This document shows positions 12,255 to 23,567 of a DNA stretch of 64,000 nt, piece after piece. The translations under genes and the position numbers were made by a program. Source of the DNA: Octopus sinensis (Eukaryota); assembly GCF_006345805.1 (NCBI RefSeq), contig NC_043017.1, forward strand, positions 186,001 through 250,000, read 5' to 3'. Position 1 is the stretch's first letter, and the number at the start of each line of letters is the position of its first letter. The notes below the pieces were generated by a model, which saw nothing but the letters and a program-made list of their open reading frames with translations, was not told where the DNA came from and did no database searches.

Positions 12255-12630
12255 GAGCTGTGTGGTTAAGAAGCTTGCTCTGCAACTGTATGGCTCCAGG
12301 TCCAGTCCCATTGTATGCTATCTTCGGTAAATGTCTTTTACCATAGCTCTAAGCTAATCATTCTTTTCTACACAAGGCACAAGGCCTGAAATTTTGGGGG
12401 AGTGGGGGCAGTCGATTAGATCAACCTCAGTATGCAACTGGTACTTAATTTCCTGAACCCAAAAGGATGAAATCCAAAGCCGACCTCGGTGGAATTTGAA
12501 CTCAGAACGTAAAGACAGATGAAATACCACTAAGCCTTTTGCCTGGCATGCTAAAGTTTCTGCCAGCCCCAAGCTAATCATTACTTTGTGAAGGAATTTA
12601 GTAGACAGAAAACTATATGGAAGCTTGTCA
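12255..12630. mobile_element. Family 2 SINE (-, 12363-12570) nested in a family 1 SINE (+) with a 12-bp TSD
   Basis: AAGCTAATCATT at 12351-12362 and 12571-12582. Confidence 0.85.
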
Positions 12631-12654
12631 TACAATGATAATAATAATAATTAA

Positions 12655-12835
12655 AATACATCTGTGAAGGAATTTGACAAATTAAGTAAATATAAGGACT
12701 TGGAAATAGAAATACAAAAGATGTGGCATCTTAAAATTGAGAACTGTTCCTGTTATTGTGAGTGTCCTTGGTATGATAAGAAAGAGATGTCAAAACCATC
12801 TAGATAATATTCCAGGAGAACCATGGACAAGTGCA
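12655..12835 (+). pseudogene. RLE-type non-LTR (R4/Dong-like) C-terminal fragment
   Basis: Translates KEFDKLSKYKDLEIEIQKMWHLK..VPVIVSVLGMI, matching the RLE-domain motif EKxxKYxDL...VPVVIGALG. Confidence 0.75.
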
Positions 12836-13680
12836 TGCACCTTGGGCAGGTCTGTCTGACAGCACTTCCGTGCATGTAGAGTTTATTTTGAACTGGCAGT
12901 GCCCCCCCAGTAGCACTGCCAAGCAAGAGATTTCTGGAAGTTATCTCGTGTCCTAGGCTCGAAAGTCCTCTGCAACAGATATGATCAGTTCAACTTCATC
13001 GATGCCCAGCACCTCTCCAAGTGTGTCCTTGCACTTTCCCACCATTAACCCTCTAAAGAACTCAAGAGTGGATGTTCCACTGACTGATTTTCCCGCTTGA
13101 TAGAGGGCAGTGAGGGCCTGGCAACATTCAACATGCCTTACATCCTGTCTGGGTCTCTTCTTGACCCCAAACTACAGATCAGTCAAGGAGACAAGTTGGG
13201 GAAAGGCCTGTTTGACAAATGGTGACCATACCTGTTCACTGTGTAGGCAGAATATCTGGAGATGCTGCAGCCCCAGCACATGTCTATGCATCATTAGCCA
13301 TGGCATGCCCAATCCTCCATGTAGAGGGTGCTAGCAGCAGATGGACTGCCTTGCCAACAGAACCTGTCCCCTTCCACAAGAATTTAAAGAAGAGGGGCTC
13401 GAACTTGGTGAGGCTTGACTGGGGGAAAGGCATGACAGTCAGGCGGTAGTAGATTCGATTGCGATGTATGCATTTGCCACTTCTTTTCAGTGACAGCTTC
13501 CTTGCAGCCCGTTTCCGGGTGAGACTGGTAACACTGTTTGTCACCTCATCTCAATTCTTATTCGCCTGGAGGTCTGGTCTAAACCTAACCCCAAGTAACT
13601 TTACTAGTCTGTCCATCCAGCACTCAGCGTGTCTCTCCAGGTGGTGAGCAGCAAGCCCACCGACTTTTCCGGGTTAAGTT
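12836..13680 (-). pseudogene. Tx1/L1-clade RT C-terminal fragment
   Basis: KLNPEKSVGL...KLLGVRF...RKLSLK...IYYRLTVMPFP...FFKFLWKG, with stops and frameshifts. Confidence 0.75.
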
Positions 13681-13728
13681 TTGTATGTATGCATGTCTGT
13701 CTGTATATATATGTGTGTGTGTGTGTGC

Positions 13729-13799
<71 letters not shown>

Positions 13800-14169
13800 T
13801 GCATCTGAGTGTTTGTGCGTTACTGTCTCTTTAACTTCATCTGATAGTAGTAAGTATCACCATTATGCAAATTATGTCGTTTTCAGCCTTTGGCCATGGG
13901 GAAACGTTACCTTACTTCTAAACAGGTGAGAGTTGGGAACAGCTAGAGCATCTGGCCATAGAACAACTGCTTCAACAAATTCTGTCTGAACCATGCAAGC
14001 ATGAGGATGGTGAAAATCATGATACATTTATTATATCTAAATGCTTATATCTTACATGTTTACAAATATGTCTGTGTGACTGTATGGAATCAACTTATTC
14101 CTTCCAACCCTGAAATTCCTAGCCTTGTGCCAAAACTTGAAATCATTGTTATTATTAGTATTGAGTGAG

Positions 14170-14480
14170 AGAGCAGTGTATGCCATCAAAGTGACCCTAC
14201 GGTACAAATATACAAAGCCCAGTATACCCATCATAGCTACCTGCCTGATAAGGGTTCACCAGGTACACACATACATCACAGCCATATATGTGTGTGACAT
14301 GGTGATCTAATATCAAGATAAACAGTGCATGACCTTGCAGATGGGGCCCAGTTAGAGGTCCCTGAATGAAGATTGTTTAAGGATGTTCAACGAAACACCC
14401 ATATTTCCAAAGGTGAATTATTCAAACCTTAAAGAATTCCTCGCAACCCATGGCTATGATGCTCCTCCACTACTACTACT
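14170..14480 (+). mobile_element. SINE-like dispersed repeat ending in (CTA)n
   Basis: Single copy in the window with a simple-repeat tail; the family assignment is from memory only. Confidence 0.4.
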
Positions 14481-14984
14481 ACTGCTGCCGCTGTGCTAAT
14501 AAATTCAGAAAAGGATAATTATTAACACGAAACAAAGCAGCCAAGATGTGTGAATGTTGAGGTTTTGAGTAAACAGATATCCCAATGACCACAGATAAAA
14601 TAACAGCAACAATAATAACAGCGGCAGCTTAATTGATGTTACAAGTCTGAACCTGTCCCAGCTCTGGTGACTGGAGGGAGACGTCTTGTGATGTGAGCAC
14701 AACTAATTCTCTCATCATATTGGTGACAAATCTATAAATATATTAGAATGTGTGTATGGCAGATAATTAATGACTTGGCATCATGTGTATGTGTATACAT
14801 ATATCTATATATCAATGTGTATTTATATATATATAACATATACATATAACATATATATATATCACACACATACATATATATGCATACATGAATATGAGTG
14901 TGTATGTATATATATCTTAATAGATACATCTAAATGCACATATTGCGTATTTGTTTTATACATATAAACATTTATATATAGATA

Positions 14985-15200
14985 TATATGTATATATTGT
15001 TGTATTTTGGAATGGTCATTTTCTGTTTTTTGTACTATATATTTATTCTTTACTTGTTTATTACTGTTCTTATTCTAACTCATGTCCTTTGTCTGGAAAT
15101 CTTTTATCACACATCTGTGACCTCCTCCGTGACACTTTCTATCTTTGTGTGTGCTCTTGTTCTGCCTATTCCATTCTGTTCTTCTATGATGAGTATCCTT
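14985..15200 (-). mobile_element. Solo Penelope pLTR-like repeat (family D) with decayed HHR at 15091-15135
   Basis: Shares the end ATGACCATTCCRAA..TAYAACAAT and the GTCAC..GTGAY stem with 59230-59390. Confidence 0.6.
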
Positions 15201-15984
15201 GTCTGCGCATGCATCAGTGTGTGTGTGTACGTGTGTGTGTGTAATTGTTCTTAGTAGCATTATGACCCTCCCCTCTACCCCATCCCCTACCCTGCTGCTG
15301 CACTTGAACCCAACTTTTTGTTCCATTCTTGTAACCCACTGTGTTTGTGTGTTCGCCCATGCTGCTGCAATTATGGTAGATGTTGTTGTTGTTAGTCATG
15401 TTGTCGATATTGTTGTGGCCATCTGTGAAGTTACTGTATGTGTGTTTGTATGTATGAGTTCACTTCCTATTTGGTTTGTATCCATGCCCTTTATACAGTT
15501 TTTTTGTCTTTAATTTAAAAAATAATTTTTCTTTATTAATCATAGGTATATGCATATATGTCTATTATATGTGTATCATGCTGTTTGCATCTGGGTTTTT
15601 TTCCTCCCTTCAGTCTTTAGCTATCATGTTGTGTGGTGTAGTGGTGGGTATTATGGTTCCATTTGTGTTTTCTATTGAGACTTGGTCAGTCTGTTGCTAT
15701 GTGCATTGCCTCTGTCATCTGTCTAAGTGTTGTATCAGTTCTATGCATTGATAATACTTTGACCTGCTATTTACCGAACCTCTATGTTCTGCTTGAGCAT
15801 GTTGGCATAGCATTGAAGAGCCTTTCTCTTCCTTGAGTCCTCACCACTGTTCACTTGTATGCTCTCCTATGCTGTGTGCTGTCTCTTCAATGTAAGTAGT
15901 TGTCATGCTTCTGCACTGTCCCTCAGTACATCATAAGCTATGCACTGTAATCCATATACTTAATTAACCTGTGGGTTCATCCTA

Positions 15985-16497
15985 CATCATCATCATCATC
16001 ATCGTTTAACGTCCGTTCTCCATGCTAGCATGGGTTGGACGGTTCGACCGGGGATCTGGGAAGCCAGAAGGCTGCACCAGGCTCCAGTCTTATCTGGCAA
16101 TGTTTCTACAGCTGGATGCCCTTCCTAAAGCCAACCACTCCATGAGTGTAGTGGGTGCTTTTTACGTGCCACCTGCACAGGTGCCAGGCGAGGCTGGCAA
16201 TGGCCACGGTCGGATTGGTGTATTTTATGTGCCACCGGCACGGAAGCCAGTCGAGGCGGTGCTGGCATTGGCCACGAGTCGGATAGTGCTTTTTACGTAC
16301 CACCAGACCAGACCAGGGATCCTGGCTGGTTCAATTCGATTTCGATTTCGCTTGCCCCAACATGTCTTTGCAAGCAAAGGAGGTTGGCATGGGTGCCTGT
16401 CGTACGGTCGGATTGGTGTATTTTACGTGCCACCGGCACGGAAGCCAGTGGAGGCGGCGCTGGCATCGGCCACGAGTCGGATAGTGCTTTTTATACA
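15985..16497 (-). mobile_element. Family 3 SINE with internal duplication
   Basis: CATCATCGTTTAACGTCCG tail; about 16205-16290 is repeated at about 16400-16490. Confidence 0.85.
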
Positions 16498-17557
16498 ATA
16501 CAATTGTTCTCCATTCATGGGGACCTATCAAAGGGATAAGTTCTACAGTTTAGGGATTTTATAGGGGCACCAGACCTTTCCACTACTTCAATCCATAGAA
16601 TGGCCATATCAAATGTTTTTCTAAAAAGGTCTGCTAGTTTGCTATCAGGGGTAGCATCAACGAACATGACACTGGTATTTTTTGTTGTCATACCACAAAT
16701 TGGCCTTTATCTTTTTTCTGGTCCCTTCTGTGCTGTTGCAGGGCTTATTCCTGTATAGCAGGCAGATCCCCTTTGCATCACTCTCTATGATGGTTTTGTA
16801 CTTAACCTTGACTTCTTTGTACACTCTAATTCTGTATCTTTGGTTGTAGCCAGAGAACTGCATGTGGTAGATGAAGTGTCGTATGTGTCTTTCCAATTCC
16901 ATAGGGTTGCACATGTGAGACACATTCCTCATCACTCTCACCAAGTCTGCTCTAAGAATATTGAACTTGGCATTGTCCGCAATGGCTGTGTTCTTGTGGA
17001 CAAGGTATTCAGGGGCTATGGGTTTGGGATAATGGGAGTGAAGGATCTGGACCTTATTGTTCTTGATTTCTAACCAGAGTTCCATGTCTAAAACTGGTAG
17101 CCTATTGTTGGGGTGCTTGTTAGTGTAGTCTATTGTTACTTTGAAACTCTGGTGGATGGAGTTAGCTATTTGCTGGACACTCTCCATAGTGTTAGCTTCT
17201 AGATCATCAACATTATCTTGTAGGAGTGCTTTGTTATTATGTTGATATCATCCACATAGTGGGAGTACATGGTTAGGGTTATGGAGTTCTCTGCAAATTT
17301 CTCTTTCAGACTCCTATCCCACCATACCATAAACAGGTTAGCCACATCACCGGCAATACTGCACCTTCCTCTTGTTGTTAAACTTAAATATGTGGTCCTT
17401 GAGTGTGATCTTGGTACTTGCACCTACTACTTGTGCGACCATCTTTTTAACCAGATCATTGTTTACAGGGGTCCATATAGCTCTGGTCCACCCATTCCAT
17501 CTCTCTCTGGAGTCTTCCTGGCCACAGAAGTTCTAGTAGGAACAATTAAGGTCATGT
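16498..17557 (-). pseudogene. Penelope-like element RT and linker fragment
   Basis: IAGDVANLFMVWWD, YVDD and RLPVLDMELW...KFNILRADLVRVMRN. The C-terminal part aligns with the 58015-58725 ORF (SVMFVDxTP). Confidence 0.85.
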
Positions 17558-18081
17558 TCATCATCATCATCATTTAACTAAGTATATCCTAGTTTCCTCA
17601 TTGACCACCAGATAAGGGATCGGGGGACCCTGTCAAAGGCTTTCTCCAAGTCAACAAAAGCCAGGTACAAGGGCTTACCTTTGGCTAGGTATTTCTCCTG
17701 CAGCTGTCTTACCAGGAATATAGCATCAGTAGTACTTTTCCCTGGCACGAACCCAAACTGCATATCATCTAAGCTAACTCTCTCTCTAATTAATTGGGCT
17801 ATAACCCTCTCCGTAACCTTCATTACCTGATCCAACAGCTTGATGCCCCTGTAGTTATTTGTATCTAGGGCGTCACCTTTACCTTTGTAGCAGTTGACTA
17901 TTATGCTGCTACACCAGTCATTGGGTATGACTCCTTCGTGTATCACCTGGTTAACTATACGGGTGACTATGCTATAGCCGACACTACCAGATATTTTGAG
18001 CATCTCTGCAGTAATTCCTGATGGGCCTGGGGCTTTCCCTGTCTTCGTGCTTCTAATTGCCTTAGCTACCACGGAACTATC
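17558..18081 (-). mobile_element. Inverted RTE RT segment (VAKAIRS...WSMRKLG) ending in an RTE-type tail
   Basis: ORF 17578-18072(-) has GKAPGPSGI, YRGIKLL, QFGF and FVDLEKAFD. Confidence 0.9.
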
Positions 18082-19547
18082 AGAAGAGGTGCAGCAATGT
18101 CAAAGGTAGGCTAACTGGGAACATAGTTTTCGTATGTGGCAGATGCTCAGGAGAAATAAACTCTGGAAACGTGCAGAGACCAACTTCTACCACGTTCCAG
18201 GGAGACAAACTAGAAGTAGTTGATAGCTTCCACTACCTAGGAGACCAAGTCAGTAGCGGGGGTGGGTGTGCTGAAAGTGTAACTGCTAGAGTAAGAATAG
18301 CCTGGGCAAAGTTTAGAGAGCTCTTACCCCTGCTGGTGACAAAAGCCTCTCGCTCAGAGTAAAAGGCAGACTGTATGATGCATGTGTACGTACAGCCATG
18401 CTACATGGTAGTGAAACATGGGCCGTGACTGCTGAGGATATGCGTAAGCTCGCAAGAAATGAAGCCAGTATGCTCCGATGGATGTGTAATGTCAGTGTTC
18501 ATAATCGACAGAGTGTAAGTACCTTGAGAGAAAAGTTGAACCTAAGAAGCGTCAGTTGTGGTGTGCAAGAGAGACGGCTGCGCAGGTATGGTCATATGAC
18601 GAGAATGGCAGAAGATAGTTGTGTGCAAAAGTGCTACACCGTAGCAGTTGAGGGAACCTGTGGAAGAGGTAGACCCAGGAAAACCTGGGATGAAGTGGTG
18701 AAGCATGACCTTCGAACTTTAGGTCTCACCAAGGAAATGACTAGAGACCGAGACCTATGGAAGTATGCTGTGCGTGAGAAGACCCGGCAAGACTAGTCAG
18801 GCCATAACCCGTGGCCCCTACCTGGGACGTAGTCAGTCCACCTGTGCATACCTTCCTTCTTGTGACACTTGTGAAGAACTGTTGAGGCAAGTGAAAATCG
18901 AATCAAATCAAATCAAAAAATCAAAAAATCAAACAAAATCAAAATAGATGAACATCAATGGAATTTGTATCTTTGTGGTACCAGTGCCGGTGGCACACGA
19001 GAAAATCATCCGAATGTGGCCATAACCAGTGCCGCACCGACTGGCCTCCATGCTGTGGGCACGTAACAATCACCATCCGATCGTGGCCGATCGCCAGCCT
19101 CATCTGGCTCCTGTGTTGGTGGCACATAAAAAACACCATCCGAGCGTGGTCGTCTGCTAGCCTTGTCTGGCACCTGAGTCGGTGGCACATAAAAACACCA
19201 TCCGAGCGTGGCCGTTCGCCAGCCTCATCTGGCACCTGTGTCGGTGGCACATAAAAACACCATCCGAGTGTGGCCGTTCGCCAGCCACGTCTGGCACCTG
19301 TGTCGGTGGCACATAAAAACACCATCCGAGCGTGGCCGTTCGCCAGCCTCGTCTGGCACCTGTGTCGGTGGCACATAAAATCACCCACTACACTCTCGGA
19401 GTGGTTGGCGTTAGGAAGGGCATCCAGCTGTAGAAACACTGCCAGATCTGACTGGCCTGGTGCAGCCTTCGGGCTCCCCAGACCCCAGTTGAACCGTCCA
19501 ACCCATGCTAGCATGGAAAGCGGATGTTAAATGATGATGATGATGAT
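18082..19547 (+). mobile_element. RTE LINE 3' portion: ORF2 end (stop 18796), 3' UTR with about 60-bp tandem repeats, (GAT)n tail
   Basis: KRCS...FVCGRC, YLGDQVSSGGGC, LHGSETWAV and GRPRKTW. A frameshift lies near 18345. Confidence 0.92.
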
Positions 19548-19633
19548 ATCTTTATCTATATATATATATATCTAAGTATATCTATATATATATATATATA
19601 TATATCTAAGTATATATATATAAGTATATCTAA

Positions 19634-19676
<43 letters not shown>

Positions 19677-19984
19677 ATTGATATAGGATAAAAATTTTTT
19701 CGGGAAAAAATTTTATCAATGGCCAGCATATCAAAAAATGCCTTTAAAAGTAAAATTTATACATAATTTACAAGATAAGGGCAGAAGAAAAATTCTAATG
19801 CCAGATACGCCGAAACAAAAAATTGTCGATAACCATTAAATTTATGCGTCTCGAAACAAACCGATAGAAATCTCTAAAAAATTTGTTATTACCATATTGG
19901 TCCAATTTCGGGGTTAATTCACAAGAAATTTTCCCCTGTACACTGTACTGCTTGGCATTCAAGCTGGAAACTTCAATACGAACA

Positions 19985-20645
19985 TTTCATAGTGTTTGGG
20001 TGTCAATCTGAAGACTTGTACTGAGAGTGATAAAAACCAAACATCCAGTCAACATCATGGTATTTGGAGTGATTACTAGCAATGGTGATGTTATGCTTCC
20101 ATTCATCTTCCCACATGGCCTCAGACTCAACACGGAAGCCTACATCAAGTACCTGGAGGAGGTAGGGCTGCCCTGGGTCAAGAAGGGTGGCTGCTGAAAG
20201 ACCCTATATCTGACAATAGGACTCTGCACCATGCCACACAAGCAAGAGAACTTAGTCATGGCTGTCAGATAATTTCTATGACCACATCACACCTAAAATC
20301 TGGCCATCTAACTCCCCAGACTGCAACCCCCTTGATTATTACGTGTGGGAGTGCAGTTGAATGAGAGACCAACAAAACTCCTTGTAACATCAAAGCTGAA
20401 CTAAAGGCAAGGATTATGGACGTATTCACCAAATTAAACAAGGAGACCACCCAGAAGAGTTGCAGGAGATTCTGAAGTCGTCTAGAGGCCAAGGTTGAAG
20501 CCAATGGTGATTTTATTGAATAAATTTACTCTTTAGTATTTCAAGGTATTTTTATGTAATTTTGTAAATATAGCTGTTAAAATGATGTGTCAGTGTTATT
20601 TTCATTTTTGCGTAATTTAGATGAGTTTATTCACTTCACCCTGTA
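19985..20645 (+). pseudogene. mariner-like (DD37D/maT-type) transposase 3' fragment with right end
   Basis: KHPVNIMVFGVI...QDSAPCHTS...IWPSNSPDCNPLDYYVW, ending in CACCCTG-TA at 20637-20645. Confidence 0.85.
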
Positions 20646-20676
20646 TATATATATATATATATATATACATATGTAT

Positions 20677-20808
20677 ATATGAAAATGAGATGACAAAGGA
20701 AAACTGTAATGTAATGAACTTCACTGTCTTGCAGCTGTTTCTGCTGTAAGATGCAGTGGACTAATGAAGTTCATAACCATTTTTTTCTTTGTCATCTCAT
20801 TTTCATAT
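20677..20808. repeat. Hairpin element with 22-bp perfect outer arms
   Basis: ATATGAAAATGAGATGACAAAG (20677-20698) pairs with 20787-20808; inner ATGAACTTCA/TGAAGTTCAT. Confidence 0.85.
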
Positions 20809-20875
20809 TACTGTGAAGCATACACATATTGAGTTCTACACCAGGTTAATATTAACACAATCCCCAAGCAAAATG

Positions 20876-20906
<31 letters not shown>

Positions 20907-20910
20907 ACAT

Positions 20911-22005
20911 ACTGGATCTCTGCTTCACAAATAATATGGATCTCATCCATAATGTGAAAGTGACACCGACACTACTCTCGGATCACAACATGGTAGAGTT
21001 GACCATGTACGGGCCAAAGGAAAGCATGAACAAGCAGTCTACAAGAAACTCTCAGAATCTTTCCAGCTTGAACTTCCATAAGGCAAACTGGAAACAAATT
21101 GAGAAAGAGATCCTCAAACAAAACTGGCCTAAATGTCTCTCCTCGCCAGACATCGACGTGAAACTTCAACAATTCATGTCTGTAATGCAAGCCATATGCT
21201 ACAAATGTGTCCCAGAGAGAAAGGCCACTGTACACAAGAACAAAATCCCCAGAGGGAGGAAAATTCTTATGAGATGGCATACAAAAGTTTCAAATCGCCT
21301 AAACAAACAAATTGAAAGCAGTGAAAAGTCCCGCCTGAAAATAAAACTGTTGGAAATTGAAAAATGTCTGCAACTCTCCCATGGAAAAGAAAGAGCAGAC
21401 AAAGAAGCCTGGGCTATAGACAACATGAAATCTAACCCCAGAGCTTTCTACAAGTTTGCCAAAGAAACAGCTACGGTGCACTGTAGGATAGGGCCACTCC
21501 TTGAAAAAGATGGTACACTCACAGGAAATCCAATGAGGATAAGTGAAATACTAAATGAGCAATTCAAAAGTATTTTCACTCCAACCCTAGGGCATTTTCA
21601 AGTCAGCAATCCAACTGACTTCTTTACCACTGCAGATATAAAATCAGAGGCAACAATGATTGATTACATCAATATAAAGGAAGATGATGTAATAAAGGCT
21701 ATAGATGAAATGAAAACAAACTCAGCTACTGGTCCCGATGGATTCCCAGCAATCCTTCTAAAAGTATGTATGAGAGTCCTAGCAAGACCACTGCAGTTCT
21801 TCTTTCAGAGCTTCCTTGCAACTGGCAAACTTCCAAGAAAACTGAAGGAAGGTAAAATATGCCCTATTCATAAAGGAGGTAGCAGAGCGGAGGCCAAGAA
21901 CTACAGACCTATCTCTCTGACCTCACACATCAGCAAGGTCATGGAACGAATAGTCAGAAGGAAACTAATCGCCTTCCTTGAAGAATATAACTTGCTGCCT
22001 GACAC
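20911..22005 (+). mobile_element. Internal fragment of the CR1/L2-group LINE (end of APE to start of RT), open frame
   Basis: Highly similar protein to the part of 32425-35382 running from LDLCFT to NLLPD. Confidence 0.92.
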
Positions 22006-22229
22006 TTGCTTATACTTATCAAGTATTCACCCTGAATTTATGTATATATATGTATGTATATTAATAGTTATCGCCATACTAATATGGCATTCTTAAAAAT
22101 AAGAATAAAGCTGTCGCTGATTAGCTCCATGAAGCCATCGCCTCAAGCTAGCTACTTGACACACAAACTGCATCCGTTATTAAACCTTCGAACAGGGGAG
22201 GTCAGCCGCTTCAACCTGCTAGTCCGACA

Positions 22230-22272
22230 GCTACAGACATGTTTCAGGGTTGTTACCCCTTCTCAATGCAGC
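22230..22272 (-). ncRNA. Minimal type-I hammerhead ribozyme, U3:A8 variant, GUC site
   Basis: GCUGCA-UUGAGAA-GGGG uaacaa CCCU-GAAAC AU GUC-UGUAGC. Confidence 0.85.
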
Positions 22273-22474
22273 ATAGTCAGACCTGCAGGTGTCGCTACTG
22301 ACCGTCTCCATTCGAAGATTCTATTTACCTAGTTACGGTGGAATACATCCACTTGTTTTCAATAATAGAAATATTAAAATTACTAAGTCTCTTTAAAGAT
22401 GTATTCCACCGTAACTAGGTAAATAGAATCTTCGAACGGAGACGGTCAGTAGCGACACCTGCAGGTCTGACTAC

Positions 22475-22517
22475 GCTGCATTGAGAAGGGGCAACAACCC
22501 TGAAACATGTCTGTAGC
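22475..22517 (+). ncRNA. Minimal type-I hammerhead ribozyme, U3:A8 variant, GUC site
   Basis: 6-bp stem I, UUGAGAA core, 4-bp stem II, GAAA, palindromic ACAUGU stem III and C17 at 22511. Confidence 0.85.
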
Positions 22518-22934
22518 TGTCGGACTAGCAGGTTGAAGCGGCTGACCTCCCCTGTTCGAAGGTTTAATAACGGACGCAGTTTGTGTGTCAAGTAGCTAGC
22601 TTGAGGCGATGGCTTCATGGAGCTAATCAGCGACAGCTTTATTCTTATTTTTAAGAATGCCATATTAGTATGGCGATAACTATTAATTTCCAGAAACGCT
22701 GTCGTAATCTCTTTTAAAGAGACTTAGTAATTTTAATATTTCTATTATGTATGTATATATATATGTATATATGCATATATGTATATATGTATGTATATAT
22801 ATATATGTATGTATATATATATGTATATATACATGTATATACACATGTATATACATACACACGCACATGTCAAGATCATCAGCCCTCTTCCACACCCACA
22901 TACAAACTCTCTTACACACATGCACACGCTCCTA

Positions 22935-23190
22935 CGTTTTGGTATCACCACTACTTTATTATCTCCTCTTCTCCCTAGCTCTCCTGTGTGACCCTTCTGT
23001 CCAGCATTCGCCATGATAGATTGTTAGCCACTACACATTCTTTATTGTTTCTTTCTGTGTTCCTTTCTGTGGAAGAGCATAGGCTCGAAATGTTAAAGAC
23101 TTTTTCACTTCCTGAGCGTTAAACTAATACATCTATTTGTTGTCTACACCACCTGCATTCGTCTTTTATTTTTTTGTGAATTCTCCTATA
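22935..23190 (+). mobile_element. Short HHR-bearing repeat (family E); motif at 23063-23098
   Basis: CUUU-CUGUGGAA-GAGC auag GCUC-GAAAU GUU-AAAG. A second copy lies at about 39490-39650. Confidence 0.65.
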
Positions 23191-23501
23191 TATATATATA
23201 TATAGGTGTGTGTGTGGGTGTGTGTGTGTGTGTGTGTGTGAATATATATGAGTGAGTGGGCAAATGAAAGAAAGAGCACTCAACACATTTATTACTCAAA
23301 ACAGTTTGATTTTGATTCTGTGCTACTTGAAGGTTTGCAAGCTCCCCTGTTGAGCCTGTTTGTTCAGGTTGGTGGGATATATCTGAATGAACAGAGAGGT
23401 ATAGGAAGTTCAAGATGGCTTCCAGCAGATAGGCCCCATTAGGGGTTTGCAAAAGTTGAAATAGCATGGAATCCAAATTAAGCTGTTTTGAATAATATAT
23501 A

Positions 23502-23567
<66 letters not shown>

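Larger units (their letters stand above)
22061..22748. mobile_element. Near-perfect fold-back (about 290-bp arms) of HHR family A
   Basis: 22061-22349 is the reverse complement of 22398-22686; 22362-22397 is the reverse complement of 22713-22748. Confidence 0.95.

Noticed and set aside
22686-22715. Second hammerhead in family A (GAAACGCTGTCGTAATCTC)
   Set aside because: Only the 3' half is recognisable; no CUGANGA or matching stem I upstream.
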